The translations under genes and the position numbers were made by a program. Shown here one piece after another: positions 19,387 through 27,904 of a stretch of 64,000 nucleotides of DNA. Source of the DNA: an uncultured Methanoregulaceae archaeon (GTDB lineage: Archaea > Halobacteriota > Methanomicrobia > Methanomicrobiales > Methanospirillaceae); assembly GCA_963705255.1 (NCBI GenBank), contig OY970061.1, positions 1,088,001 to 1,152,000 on the forward strand, in the 5' to 3' direction. Under the pieces are notes generated by a model. It did not search any database, was not told the DNA's origin, and saw only the letters and a program-made list of their open reading frames with translations. Position 1 is the stretch's first letter. The number at the start of each line of letters is the position of its first letter.

Positions 19387-20787
19387 ATGGGTTTTTGCGA
19401 TGATGTCAAGGCAGCCGCAGAACAGATCGCGGCCGCACCGGAAATAACCATCATCTCCCACATCGATGCGGACGGCATTGCCTGCGAGGCGATCCTGTCG
19501 CAGGCCGTCTCGCGGCAGGAGATCCGTGTCAGGTCCGTTTTTGTCCGGCAGCTGGAGCCCCTCACCATGCCGCAGGTCCCGTCCGACTTCTCGCTCAAGG
19601 TCTTCTCTGACCTCGGGGCAGGGCAGCAGAACCTGCTGGAGGAACGGGGGCTCTCCGAGCGGGAGGTAGTGATCGTAGACCACCACGTCAGCCAGCCCTG
19701 CGAACGGCGGTACACGCAGGTCAACTGCCTGCCGTACGGCCACTCCCGCATGAGTGCCGCCGGGGTGAGTTACCTCATCGCAAAGGAGCTGGACCCGGCC
19801 AATATCGACCTTGCGAAGCTTGCGGTCGTCGGGAACGTCGGTGACATGATGGCACGGGAGAAGTGCGGCCTTGTAGGGCCTGCCCGCGACATCATTGTCG
19901 AGGACGGCGTGCGGCACCGCTCGGTCGAGGTGCGGAAGAAGGACCTCAACTGCTATGGCACGGCAACCCGTCCAATCCATCTCTCCCTCGCGTACAACGA
20001 CGACCCGTTCATCAAAGGGATCAGCAACAACCCTGATGGCGCCCGCCAGTTCCTGAGAAGGCTCGGCATCCGGCAGCAGACCACTGACGGGCGCTGGCTG
20101 GTCTGGGAGGAGATCCCGGTGGACGACAAGCGGACGATCATCTCGGCGCTTGCCGAGCAGCTCATGGCAAACGGCGAGAAAGTCGACCGCCTCCTTGCCG
20201 AGACCTACGGGTTCCCGGACGAGCTCCCCCGCACCCCGCTGCGGAACGCCCAGGAGTACGCTACCATGCTCAATGCCTGCGGGCGGTGGTCGAGACCGCA
20301 GGTCGGGGGCGCCATCCTCCGGGGGGACCGGGGGGCGGCCTACCGGGACGCGGAGCACATGCTCACCAACCACCGGGCGATCATCCGGGACCTGCTCCAG
20401 TTCATCATCGATACCGGGGTGAAGGAACTCGAGAACCTGCAATGGCTCCATGTCGGCGGGAAGTACCCGGACACCATCGTCGGGATCGGGGCCGGGATGG
20501 CCCTCTCGAAACTGAACAGCAGGAAGCCCATCCTGATCATGTGCGAGGTCCCGGAGGACAGGAACCTCACCAAGGTCTCGATGCGCACCACGGAACGGGT
20601 CGTGGAGAGGGGCATCGACCTCCAGCTGGCCCTCAGCGCTGCCTCTGCCGAGTACGGCGGGGGCGGGGGAGGCCATAAGATCGCGGCCGGGGCATACATC
20701 CCGAAGCCCGCGGAGAAGGAGTTTGTTGAACGTGTCAACCGGATACTCGGAGAACAGTTCGCTGCGGCGTGTCCAGGCGATCGCTGA
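19387..20787 (+). CDS. DHH-family phosphoesterase (RecJ/GAN-like)
   Basis: SHIDADG, SDLGAGQ, IVDHH and C-terminal DHHA1 GGGHKIAAGA. Confidence 0.9.
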   Translation: MGFCDDVKAAAEQIAAAPEITIISHIDADGIACEAILSQAVSRQEIRVRSVFVRQLEPLTMPQVPSDFSLKVFSDLGAGQQNLLEERGLSEREVVIVDHHVSQPCERRYTQVNCLPYGHSRMSAAGVSYLIAKELDPANIDLAKLAVVGNVGDMMAREKCGLVGPARDIIVEDGVRHRSVEVRKKDLNCYGTATRPIHLSLAYNDDPFIKGISNNPDGARQFLRRLGIRQQTTDGRWLVWEEIPVDDKRTIISALAEQLMANGEKVDRLLAETYGFPDELPRTPLRNAQEYATMLNACGRWSRPQVGGAILRGDRGAAYRDAEHMLTNHRAIIRDLLQFIIDTGVKELENLQWLHVGGKYPDTIVGIGAGMALSKLNSRKPILIMCEVPEDRNLTKVSMRTTERVVERGIDLQLALSAASAEYGGGGGGHKIAAGAYIPKPAEKEFVERVNRILGEQFAAACPGDR

Positions 20788-21286
20788 CTTCCAGTTCGGC
20801 GGGCTCGTGGGGACGGGGCTCTTCCCGGAAGGGTGCACCTTCCTCTTCTCCACGACCGGTCGGGTCCGTCAGGTGTTGTATGAAGGGACGCGTCTCGCGA
20901 CCGTCCGGGCATCCGACGGGAGGCTGACGCTTGGTATCGAAGGGGCAAAACGCCTCCAGGCCCTCCTTCCCGCACCCGGCTACCGGGTCGTCATCCGCGA
21001 TGACGTGGCTGAGTTCGTGGCAAAGGGGAAGAACGCGTTTGCCAAGCACGTTGTGGCAGCGGATCCCGCCATCCGCGCGGGAGACGACGTGCTCGTTGTC
21101 GCGGGCGGGGACCGGCTTTTGGCCTGCGGTGCGGCCGTCGTTTCGGGTTCGGAGATGCTTGCATTTAATTACGGAGTAGCGGTAAGAGTACGGCAGGGGA
21201 GTGAGAAAGATGCTTCCGGGAAATATCAACCCGCGCCAGATGAAGGCGATGATGAAGAAGCTCGGCATGAATGTCGAGCAGATTGA
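20723..21286 (+). CDS. PUA-domain protein
   Basis: IADFQFG, GRLTLGIEGA, GKNAFAKHV..ADPAIRAGDDVLVV; start uncertain. Confidence 0.85.
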   Translation: MLNVSTGYSENSSLRRVQAIADFQFGGLVGTGLFPEGCTFLFSTTGRVRQVLYEGTRLATVRASDGRLTLGIEGAKRLQALLPAPGYRVVIRDDVAEFVAKGKNAFAKHVVAADPAIRAGDDVLVVAGGDRLLACGAAVVSGSEMLAFNYGVAVRVRQGSEKDASGKYQPAPDEGDDEEARHECRAD

Positions 21287-21551
21287 AGACGTGCAGAGTA
21301 TCGTAATCAAAACCCCGAAAGGGAATTACATTTTTGACTCCGCGGAAGTCTCCGCGATGACCATGCAGGGCCAGACCACCTACCAGATCACCGGCCAGCC
21401 CCGGTTCGAAGAGGCCGCACCCGAGATACCAGCCGAGGATGTCCGCATGGTCGCGGCGCAGGCGAACGTATCCGAAGAGAAAGCAAAAGAAGCGCTTGTC
21501 GCAACGAAAGGCGATATTGCCGAAGCCATCATGCGCCTGTCACAGTCATGA
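21210..21551 (+). CDS. nac: Nascent polypeptide-associated complex protein
   Basis: INPRQMKAMMKKLGM and C-terminal UBA (EDVRMVAAQA...GDIAEAIM). Confidence 0.93.
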   Translation: MLPGNINPRQMKAMMKKLGMNVEQIEDVQSIVIKTPKGNYIFDSAEVSAMTMQGQTTYQITGQPRFEEAAPEIPAEDVRMVAAQANVSEEKAKEALVATKGDIAEAIMRLSQS

Positions 21552-22273
21552 TCGTGAGCGGCGACCGTGTGCTTCTCGTGGGAGAGGGCAGGGAATTTTT
21601 TGTGAAGGCCGGGCCTGGCACCCTCTCGACCGACAAGGGCCAGCTCGACCTCGCCCCGCTCGTCGGGGCTTCGGCAGGGGACGTCCTGACCACCCATAAC
21701 GGGTCGAAGTTCACCGTGCGTATCCCCCGTCCAACCGACTTTTTCTCCTACGGCAAACGCTCGGGCGCACCGATGCTGCCCAAGGACATCGGGCTTGTCA
21801 TCGCCTATACCGGGATGAACAACCGGGACGAGGTGCTCGATGCTGGCACCGGCAGCGGGATTGCAGCCATCTACTTCGGCGGCGTAGCCAAGAGCGTGAA
21901 GACTTACGAGGTCCGCCCGGAGTTCTCGGCGCTGGCACAGAAAAATATCGCCGACGCAAAACTCGGGAATGTCGAGGCGATAGCCGCCGACTTCCTCGCG
22001 GCGGAAGGGTTCTATGACGTGGTCCATCTCGATATGCAGATCCTGCCGGAGCACGTGACCCATGCCCATGCCCTGCTCCGGTCCGGTGGATACCTTGCCT
22101 GCTATACGCCGTTCCTTGAGCAGATGGCAATTGTGGTCGATGCGGCGACCGGGCTCTTTTGCGAAGTCCACACCCACGAGCTGATCGAGCGGGAGATGAC
22201 ACGGTCGAAGCGGGGTACGCGTCCGTCAACGAGCGTCTGCCACTCAGGGTATGTGACGATAGCGAGGAAATGA
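21548..22273 (+). CDS. trmI: tRNA (adenine-N1)-methyltransferase TrmI
   Basis: PKDIGLV, VLDAGTGSG, YTPFLEQ, TRP...HSGY. Confidence 0.9.
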   Translation: MIVSGDRVLLVGEGREFFVKAGPGTLSTDKGQLDLAPLVGASAGDVLTTHNGSKFTVRIPRPTDFFSYGKRSGAPMLPKDIGLVIAYTGMNNRDEVLDAGTGSGIAAIYFGGVAKSVKTYEVRPEFSALAQKNIADAKLGNVEAIAADFLAAEGFYDVVHLDMQILPEHVTHAHALLRSGGYLACYTPFLEQMAIVVDAATGLFCEVHTHELIEREMTRSKRGTRPSTSVCHSGYVTIARK

Positions 22274-22375
22274 CCGACAGGAATATTGCTGAAGGGAAGA
22301 TAGAATCAGTTCGGGTTTCTTACAAAAATCGTATTATTCAGATATCACGGGAATTAGTCTCTCGTTTACCATTGC

Positions 22376-22620
22376 GATGAACGCCGCCGCAGTCCAAGAT
22401 TTTCTGGCGAAAATCTTCTCCACAGCCTTTGGCTGTCCCCAACGGGGAGCCAGCCGTGACCAGATGGTCAGGGCTGGCTGAAGAAAATTCTATTAAGAAT
22501 TTTCGACTCGCCCCCGCGGCGGTTCAACTTTCTTGCCCCGCCGTGCCTCGAAGGTCTTTGAGACCTTCTCGACCTCCTTCATCGGTCCCCGGAGAGGCCC
22601 TGAGGCGGGGAGCTCTCGTA
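22376..22620 (+). repeat. Modular palindromic element, copy B (expanded with inserted hairpins)
   Basis: Same two module skeletons as copy A, with about seven extra hairpins inserted inside the inner stems. Confidence 0.8.
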
Positions 22621-22913
22621 ACTGAATGATTTTCATGGTTCTTGCGTGAATTCGTATTTATGTTTGTTTTTACCGTGAACCTTTGAAGCAGCGCAGACAA
22701 TATCATATTCCCCTGTGCACACCGGTCGTAAATATGGTACCGGCAGATCACCGCCAGCGTGGATCGACGGAAGCCCTTTTATAGACAATATCCTGAGAAT
22801 CTACCGGATTGCGGCATCTCTCCGGAAACCAATGCATGCCCTCCCAGAGCACGAGCCATGGGCGGAACCAGTGAAATTAAGATACTGGCCCGGTGAAAGT
22901 ATTATGAAGGACT

Positions 22914-24563
22914 ATGAGAAGCGACGAGATAAAGAAGGGGAACCAGCGGGCCCCCAACCGTGCGCTGTTGCGGTCGCTGGGGGTCACCGACCGCGAGATG
23001 GACCTGCCGTTCATCGGGATCGCGAACGCCTGGAGCGACATCGTCCCCGGCCACGTTCACCTGCGCACGCTGGCGCAGAAAGTGCGGGAAGGCGTCGCCG
23101 CTGCCGGCGGGGTCCCGTTCGAATTCGGCGTCATCGGGATCTGCGACGGGATCGCGATGGGCCACGATGGGATGCGGAACGCGCTCCCGTCCCGGGAAAA
23201 TATTGCTGATTCCATCGAACTGATGGCGCAGGCGCACTGCTTCGACGGTTTGGCCTGTGTCGGCACCTGCGACAAGATCATTCCCGGGATGCTCATGGCG
23301 GCTGCACGCCTCAACATCCCAACGATCGTCGTGACCGGCGGGCCGATGCTCTCCGGCCACCTCGGCGGCAAAGATCTCTCGCTCATCGATATCTTTGAAG
23401 GTGTGGGAAAACAGGCGGCGGGAAAGATGACCGAACCGGAGCTCTGCGAGCTGGAATGTGCGGCAATGCCCGGCTGCGGGTCCTGCCAGGGGCTCTATAC
23501 GGCAAACACGATGGCGTGCATGACCGAAGCACTGGGGATGTCCCTTCCTGGTTGCGCAGCGATCCCGGCAGTCGATGCAGCAAAGCTCCGTCTTGCACGC
23601 GAGAGCGGGGAGCGGATTGTGCCGCTGGTCAAAACCCAGACCCTGCCGCGCCGGATTCTTACGGCCCAGAGTTTTTCCAATGCCATCAAAGTCGATATGG
23701 CGCTCGGCGGGTCGACGAACACGGTCCTTCACCTCATGGCGGTCGCGCAGGAAGCGGGAGTCCCGATCACGCTCGATACGTTCCGCGACATCGCCCGCAC
23801 CACCCCGCATATCTGCAACATGCAGCCCGGTGGCCCGTACTCCATGGAAGCCCTGTACCACGCCGGGGGCGTCCCGGCGGTCATGAACCGGCTGGCAGCA
23901 TCCCTTGACGACGTGATGACCGTTTCAGGAAAAACAGTCAAAACCATAGCCCTTGAACACCCGGTAAGAGATGAGCGGGTAATTGCCCCCTTAAACACAC
24001 CGGTCCATGCAGCCGGCGGCCTGAAGATCCTGAGGGGCTCGCTTGCCCCGGACGGGGCGGTGATCAAGTGCGGGGCGGTCGACGAGAAGATGTGGAAGCA
24101 CGAGGGGCCCGCCCGCGTCTTCAACGGCGAGAAGGACGCGATGGACGCGATCCTGAAGCGGCGCATAAAGGAAGGCGATGTCGTTGTCATCCGTTACGAA
24201 GGCCCGAAGGGAGCGCCCGGCATGCCGGAGATGCTCTCTCCCACCTCGGCGCTGATGGGGCAGGGCTATGCCCGCGTGGCCCTCGTGACCGACGGGAGGT
24301 TCTCAGGGGGCACGCGGGGTCCGTGTGTCGGGCACGTGGCACCGGAGGCGGCGGCAGGAGGCCCTCTCGGCCTCGTGAAGGAAGGGGACCGGATCCTGAT
24401 CGACCTCTACGAAGACCGTATCGACCTGCTCGTCACGCCGGAAGAGATGGAAAAGCGGAAGAAAACGCATTCCACACCGAAGAAGAACCTGACAGGTGTC
24501 CTTGCCCGCTACGCGTCGCTCGTCGGGCAGGCTGACACGGGAGCGGTGCTGAGGAACGGGTAA
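22914..24563 (+). CDS. ilvD: Dihydroxy-acid dehydratase
   Basis: [63 protein letters not shown]. Confidence 0.97.
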   Translation: MRSDEIKKGNQRAPNRALLRSLGVTDREMDLPFIGIANAWSDIVPGHVHLRTLAQKVREGVAAAGGVPFEFGVIGICDGIAMGHDGMRNALPSRENIADSIELMAQAHCFDGLACVGTCDKIIPGMLMAAARLNIPTIVVTGGPMLSGHLGGKDLSLIDIFEGVGKQAAGKMTEPELCELECAAMPGCGSCQGLYTANTMACMTEALGMSLPGCAAIPAVDAAKLRLARESGERIVPLVKTQTLPRRILTAQSFSNAIKVDMALGGSTNTVLHLMAVAQEAGVPITLDTFRDIARTTPHICNMQPGGPYSMEALYHAGGVPAVMNRLAASLDDVMTVSGKTVKTIALEHPVRDERVIAPLNTPVHAAGGLKILRGSLAPDGAVIKCGAVDEKMWKHEGPARVFNGEKDAMDAILKRRIKEGDVVVIRYEGPKGAPGMPEMLSPTSALMGQGYARVALVTDGRFSGGTRGPCVGHVAPEAAAGGPLGLVKEGDRILIDLYEDRIDLLVTPEEMEKRKKTHSTPKKNLTGVLARYASLVGQADTGAVLRNG

Positions 24564-24640
24564 CCGCTCCCTCATTTATGCTATGTTGGCTGCTGGACCG
24601 GATGCTGCTCCCATTGTTCTATCAGCCGATGAGTCGTCAC

Positions 24641-24776
24641 CGATGCGGCGACCAGGCTCTTCGCCGAAGTCCACATCCGCGAGCTGATCGAGCGGGAGAT
24701 GACCCGGTAGAAGCGGGGGACACGGCCTTCCACCTCTGTTTGTCACTCGGGGTACGTGACGATCGCAAGGAAATAG
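24641..24776 (+). pseudogene. Degenerate duplicate of the last 136 bp of trmI (22138-22273)
   Basis: Colinear and gap-free (cgatgcggcgacc...gagctgatcgagcgggagatgac...gaaatag) with an internal TAG replacing TCG. Confidence 0.9.
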
Positions 24777-24871
24777 ATTTTTAATTAGTCTAGAGTTATG
24801 ATAAATTAAAAAATCGTTGAGAAAACATCACTGAGGCAAATATTTATCTAATTCGAGGACAGTTCTTTTTT

Positions 24872-24994
24872 ATGGCAAAGGAACGGGTTCACAATCCGAA
24901 GACCCATCAGGACATGCATATCGCAGAAAGAGATTCAAAGAATTATAACAAGGGTCAGTTCACCGGACAGTATAAAAATAAAAAGAAAGACTGA
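24872..24994 (+). CDS. Small basic 40-aa protein (MAKERVHNPKTHQDMHIAERDSKNYNKGQFTGQYKNKKKD)
   Basis: Clean ORF in the AT-rich island, TATA-like tttatcta ~25 bp upstream, convergent with the FRG gene. Confidence 0.5.
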   Translation: MAKERVHNPKTHQDMHIAERDSKNYNKGQFTGQYKNKKKD

Positions 24995-25078
24995 TCCCTT
25001 GATCCTTTAATTGTGATCTTTCTGGAAATCGGATTACTACTGTATTTTGCCGTTTTCCCACTGATAATTTCTATTTTT

Positions 25079-25831
25079 TTAGGTAAGAGAATAACGCTTT
25101 TTTAAATAACGACTTAGTCCATCTAAATCCGGAAACAATGTAAAATCGTTAATATTAGCCATTGTTAGAAATCGATAGGCATCTGGGATTGCAGACTTCG
25201 GAATATCAAACCGTTTGAGACATCCACGATAAAACTTATTTAGGGGTTTAATCTCGGTTCCGTGAACCGTAAACACCCCATTTTGTGCCAGTAAACGGGG
25301 ATGGCTCCTTAATGGATAGATGGCTATTGGATTTTTAAATGGCTGATATTTTTTCCTAGCCGGATCTTCTTCTATGAAGAGTGAATAATAATCAATGTCA
25401 GGTTTCGTGACGTCTAAAATTCCATCTAATTTAATTGATTTCCTATTCAACTCCCTTGGATTTAAAATCCAAATACATGGATTATCGGATTTTTTTTGTA
25501 AGGCAAAAAATAAGGCTACTGCAAAATTTTCAGTCCAATCTAACAATCTCGTCGGTAAACCATGGTGTCTCATTTCATACAAAATATCCCATGAATCCTT
25601 TGAGGAAAATTCTTTTGAATGGATCATCGCTGAATGAGAGATAAACTCTGTATACAGGTCTTTTTCAATAGTTAGACAGTTTAAAGCGTTTTCATTATGA
25701 AATAAAGTGGGAAGTAGTTGATCGTTTCGATTAGGTAATCCTCTAAAAAAGGGCCGATTACATTCCATATTGTCACATAACCGGGTAATTTCGTCAGAAA
25801 TTTTATTGAAAAAAATATCCCACTCGGTCAT
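25079..25831 (-). CDS. FRG-domain protein (AT-rich)
   Basis: FFRG, LLPTLF, MRHHGLPTRLLDWTENFAVALFFA, RLLAQNGVFT, LFPDLDG. Confidence 0.92.
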   Translation of the reverse strand: MTEWDIFFNKISDEITRLCDNMECNRPFFRGLPNRNDQLLPTLFHNENALNCLTIEKDLYTEFISHSAMIHSKEFSSKDSWDILYEMRHHGLPTRLLDWTENFAVALFFALQKKSDNPCIWILNPRELNRKSIKLDGILDVTKPDIDYYSLFIEEDPARKKYQPFKNPIAIYPLRSHPRLLAQNGVFTVHGTEIKPLNKFYRGCLKRFDIPKSAIPDAYRFLTMANINDFTLFPDLDGLSRYLKKRYSLT

Positions 25832-26022
25832 ATCATACCATTAAAAAATAATATAATTTCTTGAGGATATACATTTTTGTACTTTTATCCAAATGCCATT
25901 AATTATCTTAAATTTTACAAAGAGTAAAGGATCTATAAACATCCCACAATATTCAATACCATTAGTGAGAAACCTCACCGCGGACAAACAACCATTTAAC
26001 CCACAAATCCCGACATTGATCC

Positions 26023-26877
26023 ATGCCACCGGGCGAACACATCCACATCATCAGTGCCGGTGAGAAGATCCATATCGCGTACCCGGCCGCCATCCGCACG
26101 CTCCCCACCATCACCCGGACGTACGTCTTTGCGGACAATCTTATCTATGAAATATCACGGGATCCCGAGGTGGAAAAGGGAAGGCTGGCAGTCAGGAAAG
26201 CAGTATCAGCCGTAAAAGAGATCTCTGTATCGCTCTCCATCCCTTTTACCCTTGAACTCGTCTTCCCGCCAGCCTATCCCACAGTCCGTGACACGCTCAT
26301 GAAGATCCGACGCGGGTACCCGGACGCACGGTTTACCTTCGATCTCTCCGGCGGGTCAAAACCGCTCTGTATGGCGCTCCTGGCCTTCGCCCCATGGCTT
26401 GACGGCGGGGTCTGCGCCACATTCGATGAAAAGGCACCCCGGAGCGTCCCGCTCCCGGACCGCTCCGTCTGCACGCTGCTCACTAATCCCAATTACCAGA
26501 CCATCCTCGCCATTCTCATCCGGACCGGCGGGAAAGATGCAGGAGTTCCTCCGCAATGGGTGTCCCGGCAGTACATCTACAAGCAGCTCTGGTCGGTATA
26601 TGTCCCATCGCGTACCAAAAAGCCAAAACCATCGGATCCACCGGTGCAGCCCGTGAAATATAAGCAGGGGAGGAAGCCGGCGGCCGAGCTGACGCACGGG
26701 ACGTTCTCTGTTTTTATGCGTACCCTCCGGCAGAACGGACTTGTTCAGGAAGAAACAGCGATTGAGAGCAGGAGGTCGAAGGTGTACCGGATAACTGAAA
26801 AAGGGGAAGTTGCGTTCAGGTTCTTTTCCGATCCAGATTCCAATAGTCTTGTCCGGTCACTGCTTGAGAAAAGTTGA
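26023..26877 (+). CDS. CARF-like domain plus winged-helix regulator (Csa3/DUF6293-like)
   Basis: Rossmann-like N-terminus with FDLSGGSK; C-terminal THGTFSVFMRTLRQNGLV...KVYRITEKG wing. Confidence 0.7.
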   Translation: MPPGEHIHIISAGEKIHIAYPAAIRTLPTITRTYVFADNLIYEISRDPEVEKGRLAVRKAVSAVKEISVSLSIPFTLELVFPPAYPTVRDTLMKIRRGYPDARFTFDLSGGSKPLCMALLAFAPWLDGGVCATFDEKAPRSVPLPDRSVCTLLTNPNYQTILAILIRTGGKDAGVPPQWVSRQYIYKQLWSVYVPSRTKKPKPSDPPVQPVKYKQGRKPAAELTHGTFSVFMRTLRQNGLVQEETAIESRRSKVYRITEKGEVAFRFFSDPDSNSLVRSLLEKS

Positions 26878-26960
26878 GATGACGGAGGGTTTCGACTCGT
26901 CCAAATGGAGGGGGAGAGGAGCAGTGTGATCCGGCAAAAATTTTTTCGGCGCGAAAAGGA

Positions 26961-27020
26961 GTGTTAGTTATGTTGACAATAGTTGTATAATTATACAACT
27001 GTTGGATGTACAACTAACAC
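26961..27020. repeat. 60-bp imperfect palindrome with a perfect 20-bp core (26981-27000)
   Basis: Core agttgtataattatacaact is its own reverse complement; outer arms gtgttagtt/aactaacac. Confidence 0.9.
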
Positions 27021-27150
27021 TAGATTTTTTCAACCGGCGTGTAATTTGATGGAATCGAAAATTTTTCCGGAAAAATCGTGAGCCGAAATTTTCTGAAAAA
27101 TTTTTGGTCGCAACCGGGACCCGGGCCAAAATTTTTCCGGGCGACCCGGT

Positions 27151-27816
27151 TCAACCTGATTTTCCGATCTTCGGCTCATCTCTCAACACAGTATTCCGGG
27201 CATAGATGTACCGGAGCTGGTGCGTGTGCCTGCCCTCTTCCCCATGTTCTTCCGGATCCTCAACCATACCGGTAGCGAGAATCTCCATACCCTGAAACTC
27301 CGATACCAGATCAGCTTCGGAGTAATAGTGGACCTCACGGCCGGGCTTGCTTTCGAATGTGTTCTCTTCGACAAGCCTGCCGGTGCCAAAACTCGGCTCC
27401 CTGTCGGAGAAGACCACAAAGAACAGGACACCGCCGATCTTCAGCTGATCCCGGCATCGCTGCAGGAATACCGCCCGGTCTCCACTCCGGAAGAGGTGAA
27501 GAACATTGAAACAGTACATGCCATCATACGTCGAATCGTCGAATGGCATATCAAGAACCGACCCGTGGTGGTACCGTATTTCAGGATGACCTTGTAGCGC
27601 AAGGTTCACAGCTGTAGCGGATAGTTCGATGCCGGTGACCCTGAACCCTGCCCGGGCAAACGCTTCGGCATTTCGGCCGTACCCGGAACCCGGTACAAGG
27701 ACCCTGCACACCCCGCCCTTTTTGAAAAGCCCGATCGCGAGCTCAGCGGTCCGGCTGGGCGAATCGCCCCATATCCTGCCCTCTTTAAGGAAACGCTCCT
27801 CCCAGAATGTGTTCAT
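27151..27816 (-). CDS. Class I SAM-dependent methyltransferase
   Basis: VLVPGSGYGRN, GIELS, DMPF, CFNVLHLF. Confidence 0.88.
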   Translation of the reverse strand: MNTFWEERFLKEGRIWGDSPSRTAELAIGLFKKGGVCRVLVPGSGYGRNAEAFARAGFRVTGIELSATAVNLALQGHPEIRYHHGSVLDMPFDDSTYDGMYCFNVLHLFRSGDRAVFLQRCRDQLKIGGVLFFVVFSDREPSFGTGRLVEENTFESKPGREVHYYSEADLVSEFQGMEILATGMVEDPEEHGEEGRHTHQLRYIYARNTVLRDEPKIGKSG

Positions 27817-27904
27817 ACGAAATGCCCCGGTTCTATTGAGAATCTCCTGTCAGGATAAGGATACGATTCCCTGAGGCCTCGTAATCAAAAAAAGAGGCGG
27901 ACAT

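Noticed and set aside
26981-27000. Palindrome as a XerA dif site or a protelomerase target
   Set aside because: It lacks the 11-6-11 dif layout and no recombinase or protelomerase gene is in the window. It is kept only as an unexplained palindrome.
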